Assembly (NCBI GenBank): GCA_964519305.1 | Contig: CAZFHY010000016.1 | Coordinates: 32,001 to 96,000 of the forward strand | DNA: 64,000 nt | DNA from: Candidatus Undinarchaeota archaeon | GTDB lineage: Archaea > SpSt-1190 > JASMDC01 | Reading direction: 5' to 3' | Shown here: positions 9,192 through 18,677 of the stretch, in pieces | How positions within the stretch are numbered: position 1 is the first letter of the stretch | Layout: each line of letters begins with the position of its first letter | Notes under the pieces: generated by a model | Told to the model about the DNA's origin: nothing | Databases searched by the model: none | What the model saw: only the letters and a program-made list of their open reading frames with translations | Translations under genes and position numbers: made by a program

Positions 9192-10679
9192 ATGGGTAAT
9201 ACTGCGGACTTCAACTACGGAGAGCGCCGCGCCGTCAACGAGATGGAGTCAATCCTCCGTTCCCAGTGGGCCAACGGTATGCTGCCCCATATCCGCTTCA
9301 CTCCTGGCCAGACCGGTTATGGGCCTGACGCAGAGGAATGGGGCGTGACCCGGCAGATCTCGGGCAATCCCGACGTGGACACCTCAGGCATCACCCAGCC
9401 ACCCATCATCGCCGCGGGCATCTGGGAGGTCTACCAGAACGCCGAGCACAAGGAGGCCATGCTGGACAAGATGGAGGAATGGTTCCCCAAGGTCCAGGAC
9501 TACCACGACTTCCTGCTGCGGGAGCGCGATCCCGAGGGCGAACACCTTATCTTCATCGCTCATCCGTGGGCATCGGGCACCGACAACGCGCCCGACTTCG
9601 ACGACACGTTCCCGCGCATCCTCAAGGCCGTGGAGACCGGGGACGTCGACCTGGACAAGTTCACGCGCCGTGACCAGGACAACGTGGACCCTGACGAGCG
9701 GCCGTCAAAGGAGGCCTACGACTGCTTCTTCTACCTCGTGGGCAAGATGGACCAGCTGGGCTTCGACCAGGAGCGCATCTACAATGAGTCTCCCTTCGCT
9801 GTCCAGGACGTGCTGATCAACACGGTGTTGGCCGAGTCGGTCCGCTCAATGGGTCACATCGCAAACGAGCTCGCATTGAAGTACGAGAACCTGGCGGACA
9901 ACGATCCCATCCACCGCCAGGAGCACGAGGCACAGGCCGTCTATTATCGGGAACAGGCGCAGGCGAGCGACGCAGAAGCGGACCGTATAGGCGAGGCCAT
10001 CCGGACGAAGCTGTGGGACGAGGACGCGGGCATGTTCTTCAGCTACGATATGAAGGCAGGCAAGCACCTGGACCACCCGACCATCCGGTCGCTCATGCCG
10101 CTCTACGGTGGCGTGGCTAGCCCCGAGCAGGCACAACGCCTCCTTGCGCACCTGACGGACCCGGACGAGTTCTGGCCGGTGGACGGCACACCCATCCCCT
10201 CCACCCCCATGAACGCGCCCCGGTTCGATAACGCGCGCTACTGGAAGGGTCCCAGCTGGCCGGTCACCAACTGGATCCTCGCAAAGGGTCTGGACCACTA
10301 CAGTCCTACGCTGGCCGATGAGGTCCGCGAGCGGACAGTGGGGATGATCGCTGAGGGGTACGCGGACACGGACGCTGTCAAAAGGCAGGCCGCAGGCGTC
10401 ATGGAGTACAACAGCTTCGGCGAGGAGTTCACCACACCAGCGCATAAGCAGTACTGCCATGGCTGGCTGTGGGACTCAGTGTTCGCCGCCATCGGTTGGT
10501 CGAACGTGGACGAGAAGGTCCCGGCCTATGATGGTTCCTCGGACGACGGTCCGTCCTTTGCCGAGTACTATGCGCCACAGAGCGAGGGGAAGCACGAGGC
10601 GGGCGATCCTCTGGGTGCCCGGTACATGACCTGGACCGGCGCTCTGTACCTTGATCTGGTGGACGATATCGGGGCCTAG
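9192..10679 (+). CDS. GH63 / MGH1-like (alpha/alpha)6 glycoside hydrolase with rearranged segment order
   Basis: QWANGMLPHI, TSGITQPP, HPWASGTDN, YWKGPSW, WLWDSVF, FAEYY, TWTGALYLD motifs. Confidence 0.85.
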   Translation: MGNTADFNYGERRAVNEMESILRSQWANGMLPHIRFTPGQTGYGPDAEEWGVTRQISGNPDVDTSGITQPPIIAAGIWEVYQNAEHKEAMLDKMEEWFPKVQDYHDFLLRERDPEGEHLIFIAHPWASGTDNAPDFDDTFPRILKAVETGDVDLDKFTRRDQDNVDPDERPSKEAYDCFFYLVGKMDQLGFDQERIYNESPFAVQDVLINTVLAESVRSMGHIANELALKYENLADNDPIHRQEHEAQAVYYREQAQASDAEADRIGEAIRTKLWDEDAGMFFSYDMKAGKHLDHPTIRSLMPLYGGVASPEQAQRLLAHLTDPDEFWPVDGTPIPSTPMNAPRFDNARYWKGPSWPVTNWILAKGLDHYSPTLADEVRERTVGMIAEGYADTDAVKRQAAGVMEYNSFGEEFTTPAHKQYCHGWLWDSVFAAIGWSNVDEKVPAYDGSSDDGPSFAEYYAPQSEGKHEAGDPLGARYMTWTGALYLDLVDDIGA

Positions 10680-10747
10680 GTCCGTCGTTCGCCCCAAAAC
10701 CTAGATATTTAAACCGCCTTCCGGGCGCCAGCTCCTCCGGTGAGAGC

Positions 10748-11272
10748 ATGGACGATATCTACCTCACGCATGACCTTCGCGATTACATGGACTGCAACGA
10801 CCTCGACCGCATCGAGTCCGTGGAGGACCTTCATACCCACAACTATGCCTTCGTCCTGAAACGGGAGGACGACACCCACTACACCGTCATCGACATGCGC
10901 GACGTGGACCTCTACGACGAACTGGCCGTATCCACGGGCAACATCTACCGGGTCGAGCTCGACCAGGAGACCGAGGAGCATACCTTCTCCCACGACCGGG
11001 TGCGCATCACAAAGAAGGTGGAGCTCGAGCGTACCGAGGTCTCCCCCGGACGGTCCCGTGTCAAGACCTCCAGCTACTCCTACTCCATCAACGACAAGCA
11101 TCACATCGAGGTGATGAACGGCAACACCCTCAAGACACACGAGTACTGGGGTGTTGAGCGGGGGACGCCGCTCGTGCGGGCCTACACGCGCTACAAGCCT
11201 TTCATGCAGCGGTCCGAGGAGCTGAGCGAGATCGCCCACAAGCGCCGGATGCGTGTGTGGCGCGAGGACTGA
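10748..11272 (+). CDS. hypothetical protein
   Basis: TATTTAAA upstream; codon usage typical of the region. Confidence 0.65.
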   Translation: MDDIYLTHDLRDYMDCNDLDRIESVEDLHTHNYAFVLKREDDTHYTVIDMRDVDLYDELAVSTGNIYRVELDQETEEHTFSHDRVRITKKVELERTEVSPGRSRVKTSSYSYSINDKHHIEVMNGNTLKTHEYWGVERGTPLVRAYTRYKPFMQRSEELSEIAHKRRMRVWRED

Positions 11273-11328
11273 GCGCTCTCTCAGGGCTCGGGGAAACGTT
11301 TATAACCCCTCATAGACTTCGCCGTCGC

Positions 11329-12684
11329 ATGCCTGGGACCGTGCTCCGCGAGACGCAAGGCTTCTGTCCCACGTGCATGAAGGACCTTCCCGTACAGATA
11401 ATCGAGGAGGACGGCAAGGTCTATCAGGTAAAAGAGTGTCCCGAGCATGGCGAGGCCAAGGGACTGCTCTCCCGTGATGCCACCTACTACAAGGAGCTAT
11501 CCGACTACTACTTCCCCATCCTCTTCCCTGAAGGCCGTGAGGGGCCCAAACGCATCCTCAACTACTACAACTACTACATGACCCTGCGCTGCAACCTCAA
11601 CTGTCCCATCTGTCTCACGGACGCCAACGCGCCCAAGCGGGAGCCCACCCTGGACGAGATCGAGAGGACCATCAAGGACTTCAAGAACTTCAAGATCGGT
11701 ATGTGGGGCGGCGAGCCGACGATGCGCGACGACCTGATGAACGTCATCAGGATCATCCGTCGCACGGGCAACATCCCGGCCCTATACACGAACGGAATCA
11801 AGCTCAAGGACCCCCACTACCTCGACGGTCTCCTGAAGGCCGGGCTCGAGGTGGTCCACATGCAGTTCGACGGGTACGACGACGAGGGAGCTCTCGTGCT
11901 CAGGGGCGCGCCGATGGCCGACAACAGGCGGAAGGCCATGGACGTCCTCGAGGAGGCGGGCGTGCCCACCGTGCTCGAGACGACCCACGTCCGCGACGTG
12001 AACCTCGACCAGGTGGGTGACATATTCGAGGAGGCGGTCAAGCGGCCGAACGTGCGCGCGGTGCTGTTCAAGTCCTATTCGTACCTGGGCAAGGCGGGCG
12101 TCGACGTGGACCTCAAGGTCGCGCCCGAGGACCTCATGGACGTGCTCATCGAGCGCTTCGACGGACGGTTCTCCAGACAGGAGATCCTTGATTTCCAACG
12201 CGCGCTCATCGCCTTCTACGACATCCTACGTATGCACAGGTGCCTGTTCAACCACTACTACCTGGTGCTGCGGGACACTGATGCCAAGGACGGGTACCGC
12301 ACGGTGGGAGAGCTCATCGACCTCGCGGCCATCCAGCCCGCGCTCGAGGCGTACAAGGACCGTCATGTCAAGGGCAGTTCGCTGGCCGCACCGCTCCTGG
12401 TATTGTCCATGCTCCCCCATCTGCTCCGACCGCGGGCATGGCCGTTGCTCCGTGACGCGATCTCGACCACGCTCCACCGGCTGGTGTACGGCGAGCGGTT
12501 CACGGGCGCTACCATGTCCACACGCTCCCTGATCCTGGCCTTCGGCTCGGTGTGCGATCCGTACACCTATGACGCCCAGGCCTCCAAGTTCTGCATCGGT
12601 GGGGAGATCACCGTGGACGACGGCACGTTCCCCACGCTGTGGGCCAGCAACTTCCACCGCGAGCGCGATCTGCGGACCGAATGA
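11329..12684 (+). CDS. radical SAM protein with N-terminal CxxC...CPEHG zinc-ribbon (MJ0619-like architecture)
   Basis: FCPTC...KECPEHG; RCNLNCPIC; GGEPT; TTTATAA upstream. Confidence 0.88.
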   Translation: MPGTVLRETQGFCPTCMKDLPVQIIEEDGKVYQVKECPEHGEAKGLLSRDATYYKELSDYYFPILFPEGREGPKRILNYYNYYMTLRCNLNCPICLTDANAPKREPTLDEIERTIKDFKNFKIGMWGGEPTMRDDLMNVIRIIRRTGNIPALYTNGIKLKDPHYLDGLLKAGLEVVHMQFDGYDDEGALVLRGAPMADNRRKAMDVLEEAGVPTVLETTHVRDVNLDQVGDIFEEAVKRPNVRAVLFKSYSYLGKAGVDVDLKVAPEDLMDVLIERFDGRFSRQEILDFQRALIAFYDILRMHRCLFNHYYLVLRDTDAKDGYRTVGELIDLAAIQPALEAYKDRHVKGSSLAAPLLVLSMLPHLLRPRAWPLLRDAISTTLHRLVYGERFTGATMSTRSLILAFGSVCDPYTYDAQASKFCIGGEITVDDGTFPTLWASNFHRERDLRTE

Positions 12685-12755
12685 CGGTACGAAAGTGGGC
12701 GCACCCCAAGTCTAGACTTAAAAGGTACTTCCCGGGCCGGGCGGGTCATCACGAG

Positions 12756-13295
12756 ATGATTATCATGTACGGACTAGAGGAAGATATCCAGGAGGCCGTC
12801 GCAGGCCTCGAGGAGAGCCAGCAGATGACCGTGGGCCTTGCCCTTGCCAATGTCATGATGGAGACCCAGGAGGCCATCCAGGGATACGTGGAGGGCGGCG
12901 AGTTCGAGGACAAGTACGGCAACATCCATGAGCCGGACATCGACACACGCATCGACGTCCTCATGGACACGGTAGCGTACGGTCTCACGGCCTTCCAGAG
13001 CGCCTACGATGGTCGCGACGAGCTGGCCCTGCTGGGAGACAAGCGTGATACGATCCGCGACCAGCTTTCCACCAGCATCGAGCTGACCTACAAGCTCGCT
13101 GCAGCCTCGGACCTGTTCGGGGACTACATCCAGGAGAAGCTGGGCGACCTGCCCGACGACACTCCCAAGGATGAGGTCATCGCCAGGGCCAAGTCGACCA
13201 TGGGCGACTTCGTGGACAGGCTCGGCGGCATGGACGAGATCAAGCAGCCGCTGGAGCAGTTGATGGAGCTCTACCTGCGGATGATCGATCAGTAA
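12756..13295 (+). CDS. hypothetical acidic helical protein
   Basis: CTTAAAAG upstream; strong GC3 bias. Confidence 0.65.
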   Translation: MIIMYGLEEDIQEAVAGLEESQQMTVGLALANVMMETQEAIQGYVEGGEFEDKYGNIHEPDIDTRIDVLMDTVAYGLTAFQSAYDGRDELALLGDKRDTIRDQLSTSIELTYKLAAASDLFGDYIQEKLGDLPDDTPKDEVIARAKSTMGDFVDRLGGMDEIKQPLEQLMELYLRMIDQ

Positions 13296-13302
13296 GACAA
13301 CT

Positions 13303-14754
13303 TCACGGCCCGCCGAGAAGCCACCGCTTCAGCTTCAGCTCGAGCGGTGCGTCCAGGAACATGTTGCGCACCCGTGCCCGGGCGACGGGCGAGTAGATGC
13401 GCGCCAGCGCCTGCAGCTGGGGCGAGTCCAGGTCGTGTCGGTACTTCCTGTCCAGGAATAGCGAGTAGAAGTACAGTGATTCGAGCCGTCTGCGCTTCTC
13501 CTCGTCGAGCCACGGGACGTTGAGCTTGCTCCACTCGAAATCGGCCCATTTCTCGAGTTCACCGGGCGGTTCGAACCCGGCCTCCACCGCCTCGTCGAAA
13601 AGGGCGGTACCGGGGTACGGTGTGAAGCAGTAGAGCGGGGCAACCTCGGCCTGCGGGTTCTCGTCGAGGAGGCGGAACACCAGGTCGATGGTTGCCTGGA
13701 CCTCCTTGTCGGTCTCCCCTGGGAATCCGAGGATGAAGTTGTATGTGGGGATGATCTCGGTGTCGGCCAGAAGCTCGTTGGCCTTGAGCACCTTGTCGAC
13801 GGTGATGGCCTTGCCGATCGCCTTGAGCACACGGTCAGAACCGGACTCCACCCCGATGTACATGCGTCTGCACCCGGCGTTCTGCATGAGACCGAGGTTA
13901 CCCTCGCCCATGGCGAGCACGGACGTCGCATGCGTGCCCGGGACCTCCCAGGTGACATCGTTACCGGCATCCACCAGCCCCCGTGCTATGGCACGGGCGC
14001 GTGACATGTCCACGAAGAAGTTGTCATCAGCGAGCCATAGGTTCTCGGCGCCAAAGCGTTCGCTCATCGAAGCGAACACGTCAAGGACCCTTTCAGCGCT
14101 CTGACCACGCCACTTGGACCCGTTGTAGCAGGGGTTCACGCAGAACCTGCACGTGTGAGGGCATCCACGTGATGTCTGGACCACAAGTGTGCGTCTACCG
14201 TCGTACGTCTGGACGTACTCCTCGATATCGATCAGGTGGTACGGGAGGTCGGGCTGGGAGTCGAGGTCCACGAACGGCGCGGGCTTGGTGCGCACCGTGC
14301 GCTCGCCCTTCCTGAACGCGATACCGTCGATCCCGCTCAGGTCACGCCCCTTGGCCAGAGCGTAGATGAGCCGGGGGAACGTCTCGTCCCCGTCCCCTAT
14401 GACCACCACGTCGGCGAGACCGCTGGCCAGCGTCTGGTCGGGTAGGAGGCTTGCATGCACGCCACCCCACACGATGGGCACATCACTAAGCTCGCGTACC
14501 ATACTTGCCGCTTTCACGGCCGACCTGAGCTGGCTCCCGGTGATGGACGTGATGCCCACGCACACGGGCTCGGTGGCAAGGATTGTCTCCAGTCGTCCGC
14601 GCCAGTTATCGTCCACCCGCATATCGATGATGCGTACCGAATGCGTCCCCACGAGCCGGCTCGCGGCGGTCAGGAGGGCGAGGGGGAGCATGGGGCGCTG
14701 GACGGTCTCGGAGTACCCGCCGGCCTTTGGCTGGACGAGGATTATGTCCGCCAT
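13303..14754 (-). CDS. B12-binding domain radical SAM protein
   Basis: IVWGGVHAS; TSRGCPHTCRFC; ADDNF; GVESGS; starts 1 nt after the carbamoyltransferase stop. Confidence 0.92.
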   Translation of the reverse strand: MADIILVQPKAGGYSETVQRPMLPLALLTAASRLVGTHSVRIIDMRVDDNWRGRLETILATEPVCVGITSITGSQLRSAVKAASMVRELSDVPIVWGGVHASLLPDQTLASGLADVVVIGDGDETFPRLIYALAKGRDLSGIDGIAFRKGERTVRTKPAPFVDLDSQPDLPYHLIDIEEYVQTYDGRRTLVVQTSRGCPHTCRFCVNPCYNGSKWRGQSAERVLDVFASMSERFGAENLWLADDNFFVDMSRARAIARGLVDAGNDVTWEVPGTHATSVLAMGEGNLGLMQNAGCRRMYIGVESGSDRVLKAIGKAITVDKVLKANELLADTEIIPTYNFILGFPGETDKEVQATIDLVFRLLDENPQAEVAPLYCFTPYPGTALFDEAVEAGFEPPGELEKWADFEWSKLNVPWLDEEKRRRLESLYFYSLFLDRKYRHDLDSPQLQALARIYSPVARARVRNMFLDAPLELKLKRWLLGGP

Positions 14755-14755
14755 C

Positions 14756-16438
14756 TCACTCGGCCCCCCTTGCGAGGAACGGTCCCAGTGCGAGATGTTC
14801 GAGCCCCGCGCGAACGAACCCGCGCACGGCGTCCTCCGGTGACGACACGATGGGCTCCTCGTGCATGTTGAACGATGTATTGAGGACCGTCGGGATACCC
14901 GTGGCCTTGAAATATGTGCTGATCACGCGATGGTAGGACGGCGATACGTCGGAATGGACGAGCTGGGGGCGTGCCGTCCCGTCCACGTGGACCACGCCAG
15001 GACAGGTCTCTCTCATCCACTCGGTACAGTCGAATGTGATGGTCATGAACCGGGCGGCGTCCTCGGCACCATCCATCCCCTCATAGCACTTGTGCGCCTC
15101 TTCCGCCAGTGTCGACGGGGCGAACGGCATGAACTCGCTGCGCTGCAGCTTCTCGTTGAGCCAGTCGTTCACCGAGGTATCGCCCGCCGAGTAGAGGATG
15201 CTGCGGTTCCCGAGCGCGCGGGGCCCGTACTCCATCCGCCCCGTGTACCGGGCGACGACCCGTTCGTCGGCAAGCAGGAGCCCCACCATCTTGTCGATGT
15301 CGCGCTCACGCTTGTACTCGAGCTTGGCCTCCTTGAGCGCCCGCTCCATCTCATCGTCCCCGTACCGTGGACCGAGGTACGCGGCCTTCATGGTCTTGGT
15401 GGATTTTCCCTTGCAGGCGAACGATGCGGCCGCACCGAAACCAAGCCCTCCGTCGCCCATGTGCGGGTGGACGAAGACCGATTCGACAGAGTCGAGCTCG
15501 TGGAGACGCTGATTGAGCTTGACGTTAGCGAACAGACCGCCCGCAAGAGCAAGGTGCGGAAGATCACGTCGTCGGACCCAGTCGGAGACGAATACGCACA
15601 CGCACTCCTCGAGCACCTTCTGCACGGCGGCGGCCACGTCGGCCCGGTCCGTCCTCTGGAACAGTTCGAACAGGTCCGGACGGGAACGCTTGAGATTGTT
15701 GATCACGTTGAACTGGCCGTCCCTGTACGAGAGCACCTCGCGCATCTCGCTCAGGACCGTTGCAGGATTGCCCTTTGCTGCAAGCCCGACGACCTTTCCC
15801 TCATGTCGACCAGGCCGGAACTTCAGTAGCTCGGTGAACTCGGAGTAGTAGCCCCCGACGCCGTGACCGGCATCAGCTGCATGTATGCGCTCGAGATGGC
15901 CTCCGGACCCGACTGACACGCTGACGGACAGACCGTCGCCCATGTGGTCCATGGTGACCACCAGGACCTCGTCACGACCGCAGGTGTGGTAAGCGGCCGC
16001 GGCATGGGCCGCATGATGGTCGACCACGTCCAGCGGAGCGTGGATGTCGAGCCCTGCGAGCCTGCGACGTATGACGGCAGCGGCACCGGCCCCCTCGATG
16101 GAGCGGATGCCCGGGAGCTTGGTCGAGAGCACCTGATAGTTGCGGTAGAGGTCCATGGTAAGACCGAAGGCGGACAGGTCCTTCCGCTGCGCCTTGTAGG
16201 TCCGTTGGGAGAGCCGGAGCGGGAGCGACGGGGTCAGGTGCGACGCGAGCACAGCGCGACGAACGTCCCCGGGAGCTAGTTCGGCGATGCTCAGGCATTC
16301 GAGGATAGAATTGCGCGGGAACCCGGTCTGGAACTTCTCACGTGTAAGGCGTTCCTCGTTGCACGCAGCGACGACCTTGCCGTCGACGAACACGGCGGCC
16401 CCGGAATCGTGGCCATCGCATACCCCGAGCACCGCCAT
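14756..16438 (-). CDS. carbamoyltransferase (NodU/CmcH family)
   Basis: GHDSGAA, EERLTREK, DHHAAHAA, EYGPRALGNRSIL, HVDGTARPQ, LNTSFNMHEEPIV. Confidence 0.95.
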   Translation of the reverse strand: MAVLGVCDGHDSGAAVFVDGKVVAACNEERLTREKFQTGFPRNSILECLSIAELAPGDVRRAVLASHLTPSLPLRLSQRTYKAQRKDLSAFGLTMDLYRNYQVLSTKLPGIRSIEGAGAAAVIRRRLAGLDIHAPLDVVDHHAAHAAAAYHTCGRDEVLVVTMDHMGDGLSVSVSVGSGGHLERIHAADAGHGVGGYYSEFTELLKFRPGRHEGKVVGLAAKGNPATVLSEMREVLSYRDGQFNVINNLKRSRPDLFELFQRTDRADVAAAVQKVLEECVCVFVSDWVRRRDLPHLALAGGLFANVKLNQRLHELDSVESVFVHPHMGDGGLGFGAAASFACKGKSTKTMKAAYLGPRYGDDEMERALKEAKLEYKRERDIDKMVGLLLADERVVARYTGRMEYGPRALGNRSILYSAGDTSVNDWLNEKLQRSEFMPFAPSTLAEEAHKCYEGMDGAEDAARFMTITFDCTEWMRETCPGVVHVDGTARPQLVHSDVSPSYHRVISTYFKATGIPTVLNTSFNMHEEPIVSSPEDAVRGFVRAGLEHLALGPFLARGAE

Positions 16439-16491
16439 CGCTTCAGAGCCCTGCGTGGTTTTTTAAATAGCTTATGGCGGGCGTTCCCGGC

Positions 16492-17199
16492 TCAGAATGG
16501 GTAGCCGCGCTCTTCCATACCCTCGCGGAGCCGGTCGACGTAGTCGCCTGCCTTCTCGATGCGGTAGCCGGTGGGACCGCCGGTTGTAGCGGAGCCCGCT
16601 TCCTTGGCCATATCATCGAGCATGTTGTCCAGCGACTCTTCGGATGGTTTGGGCACAGAGTAATCGTTCTTCTGCCTGTCGGCCTTGCGCTCCCGGTACC
16701 CGTTGACCTCGGACTTGATCCCTCTGTAGAGTTCCTTTGCGTCCGTGATGCTCACGGGGGTCCCGATGGCGTAGTGGGCCAGTCCGGTCTGGGCCGCCTC
16801 GCTGAATAGGGCGTCCACGGTCTCGTGGGCCACCTCACGGGTCCCCTCGAGTCCGAACTCCTCTGCGGCCTCCTTCTTGCCATGGCCCTTCTTGAAGGTG
16901 TTGGTGATGTACCGCATCCCCATCTTGACAGGGACCTTGGCACCAGCGGCCGCGATGAACGAGGTCGTGCCGTGTGCGATGGCATCAGCGTAGGTCTGGA
17001 AAACAGGCATGTGCGTGGCCATGTAATCCTCGCACCCGGTGCCGTTAAGAATGGTACGTGCGCCGACATAGGCCCCGATACCGGCACCTACGGTACCGAT
17101 AGCGTTGTAGAGGTCCTCGTGCTTCTGGTAATGATCAACTACCTTATCCTTGATGGCACCATAAGCCCCAGGGATTCTCTCAAAGACCATGTCACGCAC
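16492..17199 (-). CDS. hypothetical protein with Gly-rich hydrophobic helices
   Basis: TATATAAA upstream; GTVGAGIGAYVG segment; fills gap. Confidence 0.6.
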   Translation of the reverse strand: MRDMVFERIPGAYGAIKDKVVDHYQKHEDLYNAIGTVGAGIGAYVGARTILNGTGCEDYMATHMPVFQTYADAIAHGTTSFIAAAGAKVPVKMGMRYITNTFKKGHGKKEAAEEFGLEGTREVAHETVDALFSEAAQTGLAHYAIGTPVSITDAKELYRGIKSEVNGYRERKADRQKNDYSVPKPSEESLDNMLDDMAKEAGSATTGGPTGYRIEKAGDYVDRLREGMEERGYPF

Positions 17200-17257
17200 C
17201 TATCTATACATAATGCGATATGCCTTTATATAGTTTACCACGGGGTAGTGGTAACAA

Positions 17258-18646
17258 CTAATGTCCGGGCCATCCCAGGGCCAGGGCGGCCTCGGCTGCT
17301 GTAAGGGCCCGGCGGGGACTGGTGAGGAACGTAGGGAGATGTTCGAGCACCTTGCCCGGCCGGAAGTAGAACCGGCGGACAGCGTCGCGGCGTGCCGCTT
17401 CGACCTCCTCCGGGGAGATCCCGTCCATGGACACGACGGGCTCTTTGAAGAAGCAGAAATCAGACCAGTCACTGGATAGGAGGTGTTCGGAGCACTGGGG
17501 GAAGCTGGCAGTCCCGGGGAACGGGACGAACACGCCGAAGTACGCATAGTCCGGGTCGAGCTCCAGTGCGAGATCGGTCGTGCGTTGAGCGGACTCAGGG
17601 GTCTCTCCGGGAAGGCCGTAGATGAAGAAACCCTTGGACCTGATCCCTGAACCGCGCAGATTACGGAACGCCTGACGGAGCTGGTCAACTGTCACTCCTT
17701 TACCGATTGTGTCGAGCACGCGCTGGTCACCTGATTCCACGCCGACCTGGACCTCGACACATCCTGCATCGTGCATGGCAGAGAGGGTATCACTATCGAG
17801 GCGGTCGGCACGCGCGAGGCATGCCCAGCGCAGACCGAGACCGGAGTCGCGGATACGACGACACAGGGCGCGGGTCCGGGCCGTGTCGAGGGTGAACGTG
17901 TCGTCGAAGAAGAACACGAAGCCCACACCTTCCCGGGATAGGAGGCGGAGCTCGTCCATCACCGAATCAACGGAGCGGTACCTTACCCTGCGTCCGAATG
18001 TAAGTGACGTGGCACAGAACGTGCACTTGTGAGGGCAGCCCCGGGACGTCATCACCGAGGCATAGGGCTCGTCCTCGCCAGGATAGGCGAACGAGTAGGC
18101 ATCACGGGGGAACAGGTGTCGGGCTGGGAACGGGAGCCTGTCCAGTGGATCGATCAGGGCACGGGGAGCGGTCGGGACCGCACGATGGCCGCGTAACACG
18201 GCGAGCCCCGGTATGCTCTCGGGACGGACATCGCCCGCAGCCCAGCGGGATATATCCAAAACGGTGTCCTCGGCCTCGCCGATCACGCATGCGTCGACGT
18301 GTGGAAGAATGTCTTCGGGCCGTGCGGTTGGATGTGGTCCGCCGCAAACGCGGATGGCGTCCGGGAGACGTTCGGCGACCCGGTCGAATAGCCCTTGCAC
18401 CCATGGGACCAGCGGTGTCGGGCAGGTAGCGCCGACAACGTTAGGAGCGAGCGTCTCGAGACGGGCGACCACCTGGTCCATGGACAGGTCGTTGCCCATG
18501 GCATCAACGATGTGGACCTCGTGCCCCCGTGCCTGGAGAACAGCGGCGATGTACGCGAGCCCGAGGGGCATCTCCCCGTAGTCGGTCCGCGACACAGGGC
18601 CGAAGACCTCCCTGTAGGAAGGGTGCACTAGCGCCCATCGCACCAT
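17258..18646 (-). CDS. B12-binding domain radical SAM protein (BchE/HpnJ-like class)
   Basis: MPLGLAYIAA; CGGPHPT; TSRGCPHKCTFC; FDDTFT; GVESG. Confidence 0.92.
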   Translation of the reverse strand: MVRWALVHPSYREVFGPVSRTDYGEMPLGLAYIAAVLQARGHEVHIVDAMGNDLSMDQVVARLETLAPNVVGATCPTPLVPWVQGLFDRVAERLPDAIRVCGGPHPTARPEDILPHVDACVIGEAEDTVLDISRWAAGDVRPESIPGLAVLRGHRAVPTAPRALIDPLDRLPFPARHLFPRDAYSFAYPGEDEPYASVMTSRGCPHKCTFCATSLTFGRRVRYRSVDSVMDELRLLSREGVGFVFFFDDTFTLDTARTRALCRRIRDSGLGLRWACLARADRLDSDTLSAMHDAGCVEVQVGVESGDQRVLDTIGKGVTVDQLRQAFRNLRGSGIRSKGFFIYGLPGETPESAQRTTDLALELDPDYAYFGVFVPFPGTASFPQCSEHLLSSDWSDFCFFKEPVVSMDGISPEEVEAARRDAVRRFYFRPGKVLEHLPTFLTSPRRALTAAEAALALGWPGH

Positions 18647-18677
18647 TACCGGTACAAGGCGCTGCAGGTTTAAATAA

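Noticed and set aside
13560-13590. GGTTCGAACCC tRNA T-loop-like sequence
   Set aside because: It lies inside a radical SAM CDS and no cloverleaf can be built around it.
1698-18646. Radical SAM enzymes as RiPP maturases for the Cys-rich peptides
   Set aside because: They are B12-binding or MJ0619-like, without recognisable SPASM/RRE domains, and lie more than 25 kb from the peptides.
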